From an uncultured delta proteobacterium (GTDB lineage: Bacteria; Desulfobacterota; Desulfomonilia; UBA1062), in the NCBI GenBank assembly GCA_963798485.1, contig CAWCTR010000018.1, positions 1 to 64,000 of the forward strand: a DNA stretch of 64,000 nucleotides, given 5' to 3'. The notes beneath the pieces are model-generated. The model did not search any database. It was not told where the DNA came from and saw only the letters and a list, made by a program, of their open reading frames with translations. Positions 30,119 to 42,442 of the stretch are shown here, piece after piece (within the stretch, counting starts at the first letter, position 1; every line of letters begins with the position of its first letter). The translations under genes and the position numbers were made by a program.

Positions 30119-32272
30119 TTAAAAGGCGGCCTCGATACGTTTCTTGCGGTTGTGCCGTCTGAGCAATACAAGCATGCCGAAGATCACAACAATCACAGGA
30201 AGACCTGCAATATTAAAAAATTTTGCTGCAACCTTGACCTTCTCATCCTTGACATCAAGGGGATTGAAGGTCTGGACCTTGCTCCGCATGAGGGCAATAT
30301 CGTCCTTGTTGTTCAGGACATCGATGATATTCATGATGAGTGTTGTATTGGGATTGTCGGCCTGTTCGGATATCAGGTTGTCCGTGAGCATCTCGGAAGA
30401 ACCGATGATAAAGATCTTGGCCGGTTTCGATGCAGAAAGGAAACCGCCCTTTTGCTCAAGCTGGTTCGCTGCCGGCGCCTTTGGGGCTTCATTGCCTTTG
30501 GGGTTTTCTTGTTTTGCAGATGGGCTTGCATTATCAGCAGGCTTAGCAGGGATAGGCCTGTGGGCGAAATAACTCGGGAAGCTCCCTTCAAGGATATAGG
30601 CAAGCGGCCTGCTTGCCATGCCCTCACCGGAGGCAGGTGGTTTGATGAACATGGGGTTGAGCATGATCTGCCCCTTCATCTCCCATGACTTTTCGGAAGA
30701 GGAAAAGAGTTTTATGGCGTTGAGCCTGTTGTTTTTGATCTGCCGGTCATTCAGCGTAAGAGGTGAAATCTTGTACGCTATGAACTGCTTTATGTTCTTC
30801 ATGAAATCGAGCTTGTTGTTGATCTGCCCCGCTTCAATAATGGGGGCAAAATAGATGGTCTGCTCACCGCCGCCATACTGCTCGGGGAGCCGCTGTTTGA
30901 AGCAATTCTCATCAAGGACCAGCGATTGATTCACCTTGACGCCGTAATGATCCAGCAGTCTTTCAAGACCGGTATTCACCGGCACAAGCTGGCCCTGCTG
31001 CTGGTAGGGCGACCCTGTCTGGGAGGGCTCCATGAATGAGTCGAGGAAAACAGCGATGTTTGTTCCCCTCATGAGCGCCTGGTCGATCTGATACAGGTCG
31101 TAATCGCTGAACTGCTCGGTAGGACGCACGATGAGCAGCGATGACAGCCCCTCGGGGATGCCCTGCTTGAGATTGATCTCCTTTATGGAATAGCTTTTTG
31201 ATGCGAGGCTGCTGAAGTTGCCGAGCGATGCCGTGGACCCTGGCCCGCCGTACAGACTGAGCGTACCCTTGTCTGCTAAGTAACCCAGATTCTCATTGAT
31301 GCCGATCAATGACTCGACACCCTGTTCAACGGCATCTTCGATGGTGGGCGTATCCGTGAGCTTGTACTGGGTACCGAATAAGGGGATGTTGTATGCCTGC
31401 AGAACAGGTATCATGAGCGATTTCGAGCCATATTCCGTAACCAGCCCGATGATGCCTGATCCCGCGGGGATCTTGCCGTCATCCAGGGCAGGCCATTTGA
31501 GCATCATCAGGTTGTATTTTTTCGATAGATTTACCATCTCGGTTTCGCTGGAAGGCTCTGCCAGGGCATAATCGAGCCTGCCGTACATACGTTTGTTCAG
31601 GTCGTCCACTACCTTTTTCACACTAATTGAGACCATCGGAAGTTCCTTGATGCCCATGCGGGTTGCAATGGACTGGAGGGAAGGGGAAAGGTAGAGCCTC
31701 ACCTTCACTTTGCCTTTCAGGTTCAATAATGCGCTGATCTTGCTGTTGAGGCGCTGTATTGACGTGGTGAGCTTGTATTCAAGCCCATCGGTTGAGGTAA
31801 TGGTGGGTATGCGCTCCACCATGTCGCCGTTGATGATCACCAGGCCCATATAGGCCTTTTTGAATTTCATCTCATCTTTTTCAACAACCTGGATCTGCAC
31901 AGGGTTGATACCATAGTCCTGGGCGAGCTTGCGGTTTGTCTCGGTCTTTGCGGCATCGATCTCGCCCTCGGCGCTCACGTCGTAGAACCGGTAGTTGAAA
32001 TAGGTATTGGCATTGACGGAATATTCGCCAAGCAGGTCTTTCAGATACTGCTCCACCGTGTTGTAGGGTGAGGGCAGGTTTGATGTGAAGAAGACATTGA
32101 TGGTAAGAGGTTCCTTCAGGGTGGACACAACGTTTTTACTCACCTTGGAGAGTGAGTATACCCTGTTTGCCGTAAGGTCGGCCCTGAAGAACAAGGTGGC
32201 GGCCACGAGGTTAATGAGCACAATGGCAGCGAGGTAGACGGTAAATTTCATGTACCGTTTCTGTTTCATCAT
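30119..32272 (-). CDS. GldG-family ABC transporter auxiliary protein
   Basis: RADLTANRVYSLS, LEYKLT, DQALMRG, LMRSK followed by a C-terminal TM. Confidence 0.85.
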   Translation of the reverse strand: MMKQKRYMKFTVYLAAIVLINLVAATLFFRADLTANRVYSLSKVSKNVVSTLKEPLTINVFFTSNLPSPYNTVEQYLKDLLGEYSVNANTYFNYRFYDVSAEGEIDAAKTETNRKLAQDYGINPVQIQVVEKDEMKFKKAYMGLVIINGDMVERIPTITSTDGLEYKLTTSIQRLNSKISALLNLKGKVKVRLYLSPSLQSIATRMGIKELPMVSISVKKVVDDLNKRMYGRLDYALAEPSSETEMVNLSKKYNLMMLKWPALDDGKIPAGSGIIGLVTEYGSKSLMIPVLQAYNIPLFGTQYKLTDTPTIEDAVEQGVESLIGINENLGYLADKGTLSLYGGPGSTASLGNFSSLASKSYSIKEINLKQGIPEGLSSLLIVRPTEQFSDYDLYQIDQALMRGTNIAVFLDSFMEPSQTGSPYQQQGQLVPVNTGLERLLDHYGVKVNQSLVLDENCFKQRLPEQYGGGEQTIYFAPIIEAGQINNKLDFMKNIKQFIAYKISPLTLNDRQIKNNRLNAIKLFSSSEKSWEMKGQIMLNPMFIKPPASGEGMASRPLAYILEGSFPSYFAHRPIPAKPADNASPSAKQENPKGNEAPKAPAANQLEQKGGFLSASKPAKIFIIGSSEMLTDNLISEQADNPNTTLIMNIIDVLNNKDDIALMRSKVQTFNPLDVKDEKVKVAAKFFNIAGLPVIVVIFGMLVLLRRHNRKKRIEAAF

Positions 32273-32283
32273 GGCCGTTCTCC

Positions 32284-32988
32284 TTACCTTTTTTCCTGCA
32301 TGATAAGCTCTGCGCCATAGAGTGCTATGAAGATGACGCTTATGAAGTAGATGATGTCACGGGAGTCGATGATGCCCTTGGCGATGTTCTCGAAGTGGAA
32401 GCCTGCCCCGAGATAATGGATAAAGGGAAGTATCGAGGCCGGGAAGAAAAAGAGCATCTTGTCCACAAGGCTCAATGCAAAGCAGATGACCATGCCCACA
32501 ATGAAGGCGATGATCTGGTTTCGGGTGGTGGCTGAGGCAAAGATACCGATGGCGCTGTAGGCGCTCCCCAAAAGCACTGCACCGAGAAACCCGCCCATGA
32601 CAGGGCCCCAGTCAAGATCGCCCATGAATGATGCCCAGATGGCATACGAGATGGTGGGCAACATCATGAGGGCCACAAACACAACACAGGCCAGAAACTT
32701 GCCGATGATCACGTCTGTGAGCCTCACCGGAAGAGTCAGGAGCATCTCTAAGCTTCCTATGTGCAGTTCCTCGGCAAAGAGCCGCATGGTCACGGCGGGT
32801 ATCACGAAGGGGAAGATCAATGGCAGCATGGAGAAGAAGGTCCTTAAGTTTGCCTGGTTTATGAGGAAAAAGGTGGAAAAGAAGAACCAGCCTGAGATCA
32901 GCAGGAAGATGCAGATCACGATATAGGCAATGGGGGATACAAAGTAGTCTTTGAGTTCTTTTATGAATATGTGCCGGGCCTGGGCCAT
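32284..32988 (-). CDS. GldF-like ABC-2 permease
   Basis: KELKDYFVSPIAY, TMRLFAEE..G.LEMLLTLP. Confidence 0.88.
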   Translation of the reverse strand: MAQARHIFIKELKDYFVSPIAYIVICIFLLISGWFFFSTFFLINQANLRTFFSMLPLIFPFVIPAVTMRLFAEELHIGSLEMLLTLPVRLTDVIIGKFLACVVFVALMMLPTISYAIWASFMGDLDWGPVMGGFLGAVLLGSAYSAIGIFASATTRNQIIAFIVGMVICFALSLVDKMLFFFPASILPFIHYLGAGFHFENIAKGIIDSRDIIYFISVIFIALYGAELIMQEKR

Positions 32989-32989
32989 A

Positions 32990-33925
32990 TTATGCCTCCT
33001 GAGTCAGTTCCCTGAAGATCTTCTCCAGGGACTTGCCTTCCTGATGGAGTTCCAGCAGGGTCCAGTCAGTTGCCTTGATGATGCGATAGATTTCCTCACG
33101 GGGGTCGTCCGGGGTGCTCATGGTCAGTTTCAGCCTCAGTTCGTCTGCTGCAGAGGGCTCCTCATCAATACACGATATACCTTTCACACCGGATATAACC
33201 TCCCGCACCCGCGCAAGGCCTGTATTCTTCAAGGTCAGGTATATGGTCTTATCGAGTCCTGTACCCATCTTGAGCATCTCTGTGCTGTTGTCCGCAACGA
33301 TTGCACCTTTGTCGATGATGACGATACGGTCGCAGGTGGCCTCGGCCTCACTCAGGATGTGGGTGGAAAGGACAATAGTCTTGTCCTTTCCTATGGAGCG
33401 TATGATGTCGCGGATCTCCACGATCTGGTTCGGGTCCAGGCCTGAGGTGGGCTCGTCAAGCACGAGGATCTCCGGGTCGTCGATCATGGCATGGGCAAGA
33501 CCCACCCGTTGCCTCAGACCCTTGGAGAGCTCGCCGATGGTCTTGTGCATGATCCCTTTAAGCCCGCACAGCTCAGCTATTGTCTTGATGCGCGACTTTT
33601 TTTTCTCTCCATCGAGTCCCCTGACCTTTGCTACATACTCCAGATAATCAAACACGAGCATGTTGTGGTACAGCGGGGCTGACTCGGGGAGATACCCCAT
33701 GAGCCGCTTGATTGAGAGCATGTCTTGGGCAGTGGTGAAGTCCTTCACACGGATCTTACCGGAACTCGGCTCCAGATAGCCCGTGAGCATGCGCAGGGTC
33801 GTGGTCTTGCCCGCGCCATTGGGGCCTAAGAGGCCCATGATCTCACCCTTGCGGATATCGAGGTCGATGTTGTTCACCGCACAGAGTTCACCGTAATACT
33901 TGGTGAGTTTTTCAACATGAATCAT
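32990..33925 (-). CDS. GldA-like ABC transporter ATP-binding protein
   Basis: GPNGAGKTT, LSKGLRQR, LDEPTSGLDP; start at MIHVEKL. Confidence 0.92.
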   Translation of the reverse strand: MIHVEKLTKYYGELCAVNNIDLDIRKGEIMGLLGPNGAGKTTTLRMLTGYLEPSSGKIRVKDFTTAQDMLSIKRLMGYLPESAPLYHNMLVFDYLEYVAKVRGLDGEKKKSRIKTIAELCGLKGIMHKTIGELSKGLRQRVGLAHAMIDDPEILVLDEPTSGLDPNQIVEIRDIIRSIGKDKTIVLSTHILSEAEATCDRIVIIDKGAIVADNSTEMLKMGTGLDKTIYLTLKNTGLARVREVISGVKGISCIDEEPSAADELRLKLTMSTPDDPREEIYRIIKATDWTLLELHQEGKSLEKIFRELTQEA

Positions 33926-34116
33926 TACTATTCCCCCTGTATCATTAAAGAACATGGGTGTTTAATGGAAGAACGACCAGATGTCACTGGTGAACTCATA
34001 AAGAAGATTTTTAAGACTTTGTCAATACCTCTCTTTACTTCCATAGTGATGTCATGCTTGAACCTAACGCTAAGTATGATCTATGATGATGGTATAACTC
34101 CCTTAACGGAGAAGCA

Positions 34117-35148
34117 ATGATGAAGGCATTTGTCCTGAAAAAGATCTGCAATCTCTCGGAAACGCAAACGCCTCTTGAAGAGGCTGTCCTTTCCGACCCG
34201 GTCCCCGGGAAAGGGGGAGTCCTTATCAAGGTAAAGGCCTGCGGGGTCTGCCACACCGAGCTTGACGAGATCGAGGGACGCACCCCGCCCCCGCACCTGC
34301 CGGTGGTGCTCGGGCATCAGGTGGTTGGTGAGGTGATCGGTCTCGGGGACGGAACTCAGAGGTTTAAGGGTGGTGAGCGGGTAGGGGTGGGGTGGATTTA
34401 TTCGGCCTGCGGACAGTGCAAATTTTGTGTGAGTGGACAGGAGAACCTCTGCAAGGAGTTCCGGGCAACAGGGAGGGATGTAAACGGCGGGTATGCCGAA
34501 TATATGACTGTGCCGGAAGGCTATGCCCATCCTATACCTGATATTTTCTCTGATGCCGAGGCTGCCCCCCTTCTCTGCGCAGGGGCCATCGGGTACCGCT
34601 CTCTCAGGCTTGCCGGATTGAAAGACTCTCAGAACCTCGGGCTCACCGGGTTCGGCGCCTCGGCCCACCTGGTGCTCATGATGGTGAAATACCTGTATCC
34701 ACATGCTCAAGTGTATGTGTTTGCCAGGAGCGTGAAGGAGCGGGAGTTTGCAAAGGAGCTCGGCGCTGCCTGGGCAGGAGATACTTTTGACAGGCCGCCT
34801 TTGAAAATGAACAGCATCATTGACACCACACCGGTATGGAAGCCCGTTGTGGAGGCGCTTGCCCACCTTGAGCCTGGAGGCAGGCTCGTGATCAATGCCA
34901 TCCGCAAGGAGGATGCGGACAAGGAATTTCTCGTTAGAATCGATTATCCTGCCCACCTGTGGATGGAAAAGGAGATCAAGAGCGTGGCGAACGTTACAAG
35001 GGCCGACATAGGCGAATTTCTGAAGCTCGCTGCCGACATACCCATTCGGCCTGAGGTCCAGGAATACCCATTGGAAGAAGCCAATAAGGCGCTTCTTGAA
35101 CTCAAGCAACGCACAATCCGCGGCGCCAAGGTGCTCAGGATCGATTGA
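34117..35148 (+). CDS. Zinc-dependent alcohol dehydrogenase family protein
   Basis: CGVCHTE, LGHQ, CxxCxxC..C, APLLCAG. Confidence 0.92.
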   Translation: MMKAFVLKKICNLSETQTPLEEAVLSDPVPGKGGVLIKVKACGVCHTELDEIEGRTPPPHLPVVLGHQVVGEVIGLGDGTQRFKGGERVGVGWIYSACGQCKFCVSGQENLCKEFRATGRDVNGGYAEYMTVPEGYAHPIPDIFSDAEAAPLLCAGAIGYRSLRLAGLKDSQNLGLTGFGASAHLVLMMVKYLYPHAQVYVFARSVKEREFAKELGAAWAGDTFDRPPLKMNSIIDTTPVWKPVVEALAHLEPGGRLVINAIRKEDADKEFLVRIDYPAHLWMEKEIKSVANVTRADIGEFLKLAADIPIRPEVQEYPLEEANKALLELKQRTIRGAKVLRID

Positions 35149-35253
35149 TGGATTAAAGTCTTTTATGTTGTGTCTCTTGACTCGCAGGACAAAGCATGAA
35201 AAATGGGTATCTATGCCTTATTCCCCTTATGAGTCAAACGGAATGCAGATACG

Positions 35254-37326
35254 ATGAGAGGTGATGTGCGCCCCGGCAGATGCCACCCCCTCGGGTCAAC
35301 GGTGTACCCTGATGGAGTCAACTTCTCTCTCTTCTCAAGAAGTTGCTATGCCGTTGAGCTTCTCCTGTTTGACGACCCGGATGATGCCCGCCCTGTACGG
35401 CTGATCAGGCTCGATCCCAAGGTGAATAAGACCTTCTATTACTGGCACTGCTTTGTGCCTGGTGTCAGGGCGGGACAGCTTTATGGTTATAGGGTTTTCG
35501 GGCCTTTTGACCCTGCAAGGGGGCATTATTACGATGGGCAGAAGGTTCTGCTGGATCCCTACACGAAGGCAGTCGCCATAGGGAATAACTATGACAGGGT
35601 TGCAGGGTGCAAGCCGGGTGACAATTGCCCCCATGCTGCGAAATCCGTAGTGGTGGACCCTTTGGAGTATGATTGGCAGGGAGACGAGCCCTTAAGGACC
35701 GATTACCGAACAAGTGTGATCTATGAGCTCCATGTAGGAGGTTTCACGCGCAACCCGAATTCCGGGGTCAATGAAGAGAAGAGGGGCACCTATGCAGGTC
35801 TTATCGAGAAGATACCCTACCTCAAGGAACTAGGCATCACTGCCGTTGAACTCATGCCTGTCCAGCAATACGATGAGCAGGATGCACCCCCTGGGTTGAG
35901 TAACTACTGGGGCTACAGCCCCATGGCCTTTTTTGCACCCCATGCCGGTTACTGTTCGACAGGCGGGTGTTTAAGCCCTTTAAAAGAATTCAGGGACATG
36001 GTCAGGGAGCTCCACAATGCCGGTATTGAGGTGATTGTGGATGTGGTGTTCAACCACACGGCAGAGGCAGGGCATGAAGGACCCACTCTTTGCCTTCGAG
36101 GCATTGAAAATACAACCTATTACATCTATAACATCGAGCACCGGCGATATGAAAATTATTCAGGATGCGGCAATACGGTTAATACCAACCACTCCATAGT
36201 CCGCAGGATGATTACCGAGAGCCTGCGCTACTGGGTGGAGCATATGCATGTGGATGGTTTCCGGTTTGACCTTGCCTCGGTCATGGCGCGGGGAGAATAT
36301 GGAGAGCCTTTGGAAAAGCCCCCGATCCTGTGGTCCATTGAATCAGACCCGGTGCTGGCAGGCACCAAGATCATTGCCGAGGCCTGGGACGCTGCGGGGC
36401 TCTTCCAGGTGGGGTCTTTTATCGGTGAGCGTTTTGCCGAATGGAACAGCCAGTTCAGGGATGATGTGCGGCGGTTCCTTAAGGGCGAAGATTCGATGGT
36501 CAGCCGCATTTCAAACCGACTTCTAGGGAGCCCGGACATCTATCCTCAGCCGGAGCGCGAAACGAACCGCAGTATCAATTTTATTACCTGCCATGATGGC
36601 TTTACCCTCAATGACCTGGTGTCATATGACCACAGGCACAACGAGATGAACAAAGAGCAAAACCGTGACGGTAATGATTACAACCTCAGTTGGAATTGCG
36701 GGGTTGAAGGCCCCACGAACAACAGGGTTATTGATGAACTCAGACTCAGGCAGATAAAGAATTTCATCACACTCCTTTTCGTATCACAGGGTACACCCAT
36801 GCTCCTCATGGGCGATGAGGTGCGCAGGGCCCAACAGGGAAACAACAATGTATACTGCCAGGATAATGAGATGTCCTGGTTTGACTGGGATGCGGTAAGG
36901 AGACATGAGGACCTGTTGAGGTTTGTTCAAGGACTCATAAGGTTTTCCCGTTCAAATCCTGTTTTCAATCTGCGGCATGTCCCCAAACCACCCTATACGG
37001 ACAGAGACGTAAGCATTGCCTGGCATGGAGTCCGTCAGAACAAGCCGGACTTCGGTGAGGACTCCCACAGCTTGGCACTCGAGTTGAAATCCAGCCTGGA
37101 GGGAGAGCATGTCTTCATTATGCTGAATGCCTTCTGGAAGCCGCTGACCTTTGAGTTACCCAAACCCGATAGCGATCATGCATGGTACAGGGTTGTGGAT
37201 ACATCGCTTGGTGAGGGCAAAGACTATTCTCAGCCCGGGAAATCCACCCATATCGATGGTCCCAGGTACCGGCTGAAAGACCGCAGCACTGCTGTTATGG
37301 TAACCCGCAGGATTAAGGCCAGGTAG
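35254..37326 (+). CDS. glgX: Glycogen debranching enzyme (isoamylase)
   Basis: NYWGY, DVVFNHT, DGFRFDLA, IAEAWD, CHDGFTLNDL. Confidence 0.95.
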   Translation: MRGDVRPGRCHPLGSTVYPDGVNFSLFSRSCYAVELLLFDDPDDARPVRLIRLDPKVNKTFYYWHCFVPGVRAGQLYGYRVFGPFDPARGHYYDGQKVLLDPYTKAVAIGNNYDRVAGCKPGDNCPHAAKSVVVDPLEYDWQGDEPLRTDYRTSVIYELHVGGFTRNPNSGVNEEKRGTYAGLIEKIPYLKELGITAVELMPVQQYDEQDAPPGLSNYWGYSPMAFFAPHAGYCSTGGCLSPLKEFRDMVRELHNAGIEVIVDVVFNHTAEAGHEGPTLCLRGIENTTYYIYNIEHRRYENYSGCGNTVNTNHSIVRRMITESLRYWVEHMHVDGFRFDLASVMARGEYGEPLEKPPILWSIESDPVLAGTKIIAEAWDAAGLFQVGSFIGERFAEWNSQFRDDVRRFLKGEDSMVSRISNRLLGSPDIYPQPERETNRSINFITCHDGFTLNDLVSYDHRHNEMNKEQNRDGNDYNLSWNCGVEGPTNNRVIDELRLRQIKNFITLLFVSQGTPMLLMGDEVRRAQQGNNNVYCQDNEMSWFDWDAVRRHEDLLRFVQGLIRFSRSNPVFNLRHVPKPPYTDRDVSIAWHGVRQNKPDFGEDSHSLALELKSSLEGEHVFIMLNAFWKPLTFELPKPDSDHAWYRVVDTSLGEGKDYSQPGKSTHIDGPRYRLKDRSTAVMVTRRIKAR

Positions 37327-37466
37327 ACTTAAAGGCATGTGAGATGCAAAACAAAATATTTCCTTGTGTCCGGGTTCCTTCCTAAGGTATTGACTCGACC
37401 GGATAAGGTGATATTAATACCAGATAAGTATGATTTACATGGCCAATGGAGAACGAGGAGGAGAGG

Positions 37467-37775
37467 ATGAGCGTTAAGAAACAGTATTTGAAGACCAAAT
37501 CGGTGTGCAAGGTAACCTTTAACCTCCCGAAAGATGTAGCCAAATCAGCAGGCTCTGTCTATCTTGTGGGGGATTTTAACGGCTGGGATGCAAACTCGCA
37601 CCCCATGAAGCTCCAGAAGGATGGGTCGTTCAACCTTTCGATCAACCTCGAGAAGGGAAGCGAATACCAATACCGCTACCTGCTCGACGGCTCTACCTGG
37701 GAAAATGACGAATGTGCGGATAAATACGTAAAAAGCCCGTATGGAGATAGTGAAAATTCCGTAGTGGTCATCTGA
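37467..37775 (+). CDS. Isoamylase early-set (CBM48-like) domain protein
   Basis: CKVTF, LVGDFNGW, YQYRYLLDG..WEND. Confidence 0.88.
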   Translation: MSVKKQYLKTKSVCKVTFNLPKDVAKSAGSVYLVGDFNGWDANSHPMKLQKDGSFNLSINLEKGSEYQYRYLLDGSTWENDECADKYVKSPYGDSENSVVVI

Positions 37776-37967
37776 GCGTTCCCCATCCGGAAGCAGCCAT
37801 TGATGGCCTTAGCTTCTTGTGTTGTCATCGACAAACTTAAGGAGAAGGTCGATTCATTTGCAAGGCATCTCAAGGATGCCGACCAGCCTGTTGCTGACGA
37901 GTCGGATAAGTAATCTCCGGCTGATGGAATGGTTTATTTATTAGGACTGGAGGTTTTTTGCGTTCAA

Positions 37968-39122
37968 TTATTTTGCATTCACTAATATCTGTGTAAGCTC
38001 CTCATCCGTCAGTACGATGGGGTTGCCTTTCATGCTGCTGGCGCGCCTGGCCTTGGCCACAATATCCGGGAAGTACTCCTGCCTTATTCCAATCAATGAA
38101 AGAGGCTGTACCTTCATGTGCGAGCAGAGCTCCTGGATCCAGTCGATTGCATCATACGCCCGGGCGGATGTTTTGCCGGTGATGATCCGTGCCACATCCT
38201 CGAAGCGCTTCAGCGCATAAGAATCAGGGGTGCGGTTTTTAAGTGCCTGTATATTCATTTCCACCACATGCGGCAGCAGGCTCGCACAGATGAGCCCGTG
38301 AGATACCCGGCATTGGCCGCCTGCAGCAGCAGCAAATCCATGGACTGCTCCAAGCCCGGCATTTGCCAGGGCAATGCCGCTGAACAGGCTCGCCAGGGCC
38401 ATGTCTTCCCTGGCAGCCGCATTGCTGCCGTCCTTATACGCACGTATTAATGACCTGGCAGAGCGTTCGAGCCCCTCCCGGCATATACTATCGGTCAGCG
38501 GATTTGAGCTGTTTGAGACATAGGATTCCAAAAGCTGGGTCAGCGCATCAAGGCCCGTGCTTGCAGTAACATCAGGGGGGAGTGAATGGGTGAGCTCAGG
38601 GTCCACGATAACAAGGCGTGGAAGCAGGAAGGCAGATCGCAAACTCACCTTGACGCCATGATCCTCGGAGAGGATAACGGCATTTTTTGTCACCTCACTG
38701 CCGGTTCCGGCGGTTGTGGGTACGGCAATATAAGGAACCGGGGGCTTCGTGAGCGGCATGGCCTTGCCAACGACCTCGAGGTAGTCATAGAGATCGAGCG
38801 TATTTGTAATGAGTGCGGCGATGGCCTTTCCGGTATCTATGACACTGCCCCCTCCGATGGCTATAACACAGTTGCATCCATGCTCACGCGCCACGGATAC
38901 ACCCTGGGTCACGGTCTGCGTGGTAGGTTCTTTGGGAACGGAATAGAGGGTAGGGGTTATATATTTGTTTCTCAGCCTATCGAGAAGCTGGGACCATCTG
39001 AGGCCTTTCTTTCCCGTGACGACCAGGCATTTATTCCCCATAGAGGAGGCGACATCGATAATCTCATGGATACTCCCCGGGCCGAAGATGATCCTCTCAG
39101 CAGTGGCAAACTCGAAACGCAT
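37968..39122 (-). CDS. Iron-containing alcohol dehydrogenase
   Basis: GGGSVIDTGKA, PTTAGTGSE, GLGAVHG, HG..C. Confidence 0.92.
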   Translation of the reverse strand: MRFEFATAERIIFGPGSIHEIIDVASSMGNKCLVVTGKKGLRWSQLLDRLRNKYITPTLYSVPKEPTTQTVTQGVSVAREHGCNCVIAIGGGSVIDTGKAIAALITNTLDLYDYLEVVGKAMPLTKPPVPYIAVPTTAGTGSEVTKNAVILSEDHGVKVSLRSAFLLPRLVIVDPELTHSLPPDVTASTGLDALTQLLESYVSNSSNPLTDSICREGLERSARSLIRAYKDGSNAAAREDMALASLFSGIALANAGLGAVHGFAAAAGGQCRVSHGLICASLLPHVVEMNIQALKNRTPDSYALKRFEDVARIITGKTSARAYDAIDWIQELCSHMKVQPLSLIGIRQEYFPDIVAKARRASSMKGNPIVLTDEELTQILVNAK

Positions 39123-39167
39123 ATAATGCTCCCGGATTCATATTAAAGAGCCGGACCTCTTCATGTT

Positions 39168-39473
39168 TTACCAGGCAGCATCCTCAGGGAAGACGTTTGT
39201 ATATCTGGTGCTGTATCTGGTCTCAGCTATCATGGCTTCTACCGCTTCCTTCCACTGTTTATAATGCAACGTCTGCTTGTGCTCCAAGGCGGCTGCCTCG
39301 GAGCGATAGACCTCGACAAGAACAAATCTTCCGGGGTCATCGTTCTGTTGTATCACATCAAACCGACTCACTCCAGGCTCAAGGATGCTGTTCCCGGCAT
39401 TTTCTCTTGAGGCATTTTTGAATTCTTCGATTGATTCGGGCTTTACGCGTATAAAGACATGGACAATGACCAT
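39168..39473 (-). CDS. LsrG/antibiotic biosynthesis monooxygenase-family protein
   Basis: EPG..RFDV, FVLVEVY, HKQT.HY..W. Confidence 0.85.
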   Translation of the reverse strand: MVIVHVFIRVKPESIEEFKNASRENAGNSILEPGVSRFDVIQQNDDPGRFVLVEVYRSEAAALEHKQTLHYKQWKEAVEAMIAETRYSTRYTNVFPEDAAW

Positions 39474-39593
39474 GGGCAATCTCCTTAGGAAAGCAAATGG
39501 CACAGAATAGATATCCTATACCATCCCTCAGCAAGGTGTCCGGCAGATCTACACCAGACACTTTGCTTAAACGCAAAACTTTTCCAGAGGTTT

Positions 39594-40754
39594 TTACAGC
39601 ACTCTGATCGCTATCACACCTCCAATCGATCCGATTTTCTTTATCAAGTCGTCGTGAATACCGCTATCAACATCGATAATATTATAGGCAATATTACCCT
39701 TGCTTTTATTGAGCATGTCGGCGATGTTGAGCTTGTTATCGGCGAACAGGTGCGTAATTTTTTCAATCATACCCGGCGAGTTCTGGTTGGATATGGTCAA
39801 TCTCTGATTGCCCGATCTGTCAAGAAAACACTCCGGGAAGTTAACAGAGTTCTTGATATTCCCGTTCTCCAGGAAATCCATGAGCTGCATAGCAGCCATT
39901 ATCGCGCAGTTTTCTTCAGACTCCTCGGTCGAAGCCCCCAGATGCGGGATGGCTATGCACTTATCCATTTTTATAAGCTCTTCATCGGGGAAGTCTGTCA
40001 CATAACAGCTCACGACACCATCGGTTATGGCCTTCTGCAGGTCGGCGATATTCACCAATTCCCTTCGGGAGAAGTTCAAGAGCTTCGCACCGCGGTTCAT
40101 GACCGCAAATTTTTCGGCATTTATGAACCCCCTCGTGTCCTTGTTAAGAGGGACATGCAGCGTAATGTAATCACACTCAGCCAACAACCGATCCAGGCTT
40201 GCCGACCTCTTTATATTGCGAGACAGTCTCCAGGCGGCGTCAATCGACAGATATGGATCATATCCGCATACTTCCATACCGAGCGATTCGGCTGTGTTAG
40301 CCACTATGATCCCGATCGCGCCCAGTCCGACTACCCCCATCTTCTTGCCCAGTATCTCCGTTCCGCCGTACTTTGATTTTCCCTTTTCGATGAGATCAGG
40401 CACCTTGTCGCCTTGGCCGACCAGACCTTTGGCCCAGGAGATCCCTTCCGTCACTTTCCGTGATGCCAGCAACATGCCCAGGACGACCAGTTCCTTTACC
40501 CCATTGGCGTTTGCTCCCGGGGTATTAAAGACGACGATGCCTTTTTCCGAACATTTGTCGATGGGGATATTGTTGACCCCGGCGCCAGCCCGAGCAATCG
40601 CTTTAACACTTGAGGGCAAGGCCATGTCTTTCATTTCCTTGCTTCTTACCATGATACCGTCCGGCTCAGAAATGTCAGCGCGGTACTCATATTTCTCCGT
40701 GAAAAGACTTAAGCCCTTTTCCGATATGTTATTCAGTAGATCGATCTTATACAT
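39594..40754 (-). CDS. serA: D-3-phosphoglycerate dehydrogenase (short ACT-containing type)
   Basis: ARAGAGVNNI, GLGAIG, PHLGAST.E, C-terminal ACT domain. Confidence 0.85.
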   Translation of the reverse strand: MYKIDLLNNISEKGLSLFTEKYEYRADISEPDGIMVRSKEMKDMALPSSVKAIARAGAGVNNIPIDKCSEKGIVVFNTPGANANGVKELVVLGMLLASRKVTEGISWAKGLVGQGDKVPDLIEKGKSKYGGTEILGKKMGVVGLGAIGIIVANTAESLGMEVCGYDPYLSIDAAWRLSRNIKRSASLDRLLAECDYITLHVPLNKDTRGFINAEKFAVMNRGAKLLNFSRRELVNIADLQKAITDGVVSCYVTDFPDEELIKMDKCIAIPHLGASTEESEENCAIMAAMQLMDFLENGNIKNSVNFPECFLDRSGNQRLTISNQNSPGMIEKITHLFADNKLNIADMLNKSKGNIAYNIIDVDSGIHDDLIKKIGSIGGVIAIRVL

Positions 40755-40897
40755 AAAACCCTCCTCTTTCTCTTGCTTGCTATATTACAGAAATATACAT
40801 TCTGCGCCAGGCAAAAAATCGTGGAATAACTTGACAAGAGACACCGGGAGAACTACTAAAATGTCAAGAAACACAACAACTGAGCAGAGGAAGACGC

Positions 40898-41107
40898 ATG
40901 CCTATCTATGAATATGAATGTAAAAAATGCGGTAAAGATTTTGAGGTGCTTGTGCCTATGAGTGCAAAGGATAATCCCGCGTGCCCCACGTGTAAAAGCG
41001 TCAAGGTAAAGAAGAAGATGTCAATAACCGCATCCGGCAAAGGGGGTTGCGGTACTTGCGCCTCCACTTCATCGTGCTCTTCCAAAGGCTGTTGTTCCTG
41101 CGGGTAA
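40898..41107 (+). CDS. FmdB-family zinc-ribbon protein
   Basis: MPIYEYECKKCG..CPTC. Confidence 0.9.
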   Translation: MPIYEYECKKCGKDFEVLVPMSAKDNPACPTCKSVKVKKKMSITASGKGGCGTCASTSSCSSKGCCSCG

Positions 41108-41125
41108 AAGCCTTAAAGGCCCGAC

Positions 41126-42442
<1,317 letters not shown>

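Noticed and set aside
37803-37913. 36-aa ORF MALASCVVIDKLKEKVDSFARHLKDADQPVADESDK
   Set aside because: No SD and no recognisable motif; at most a 3' gene remnant
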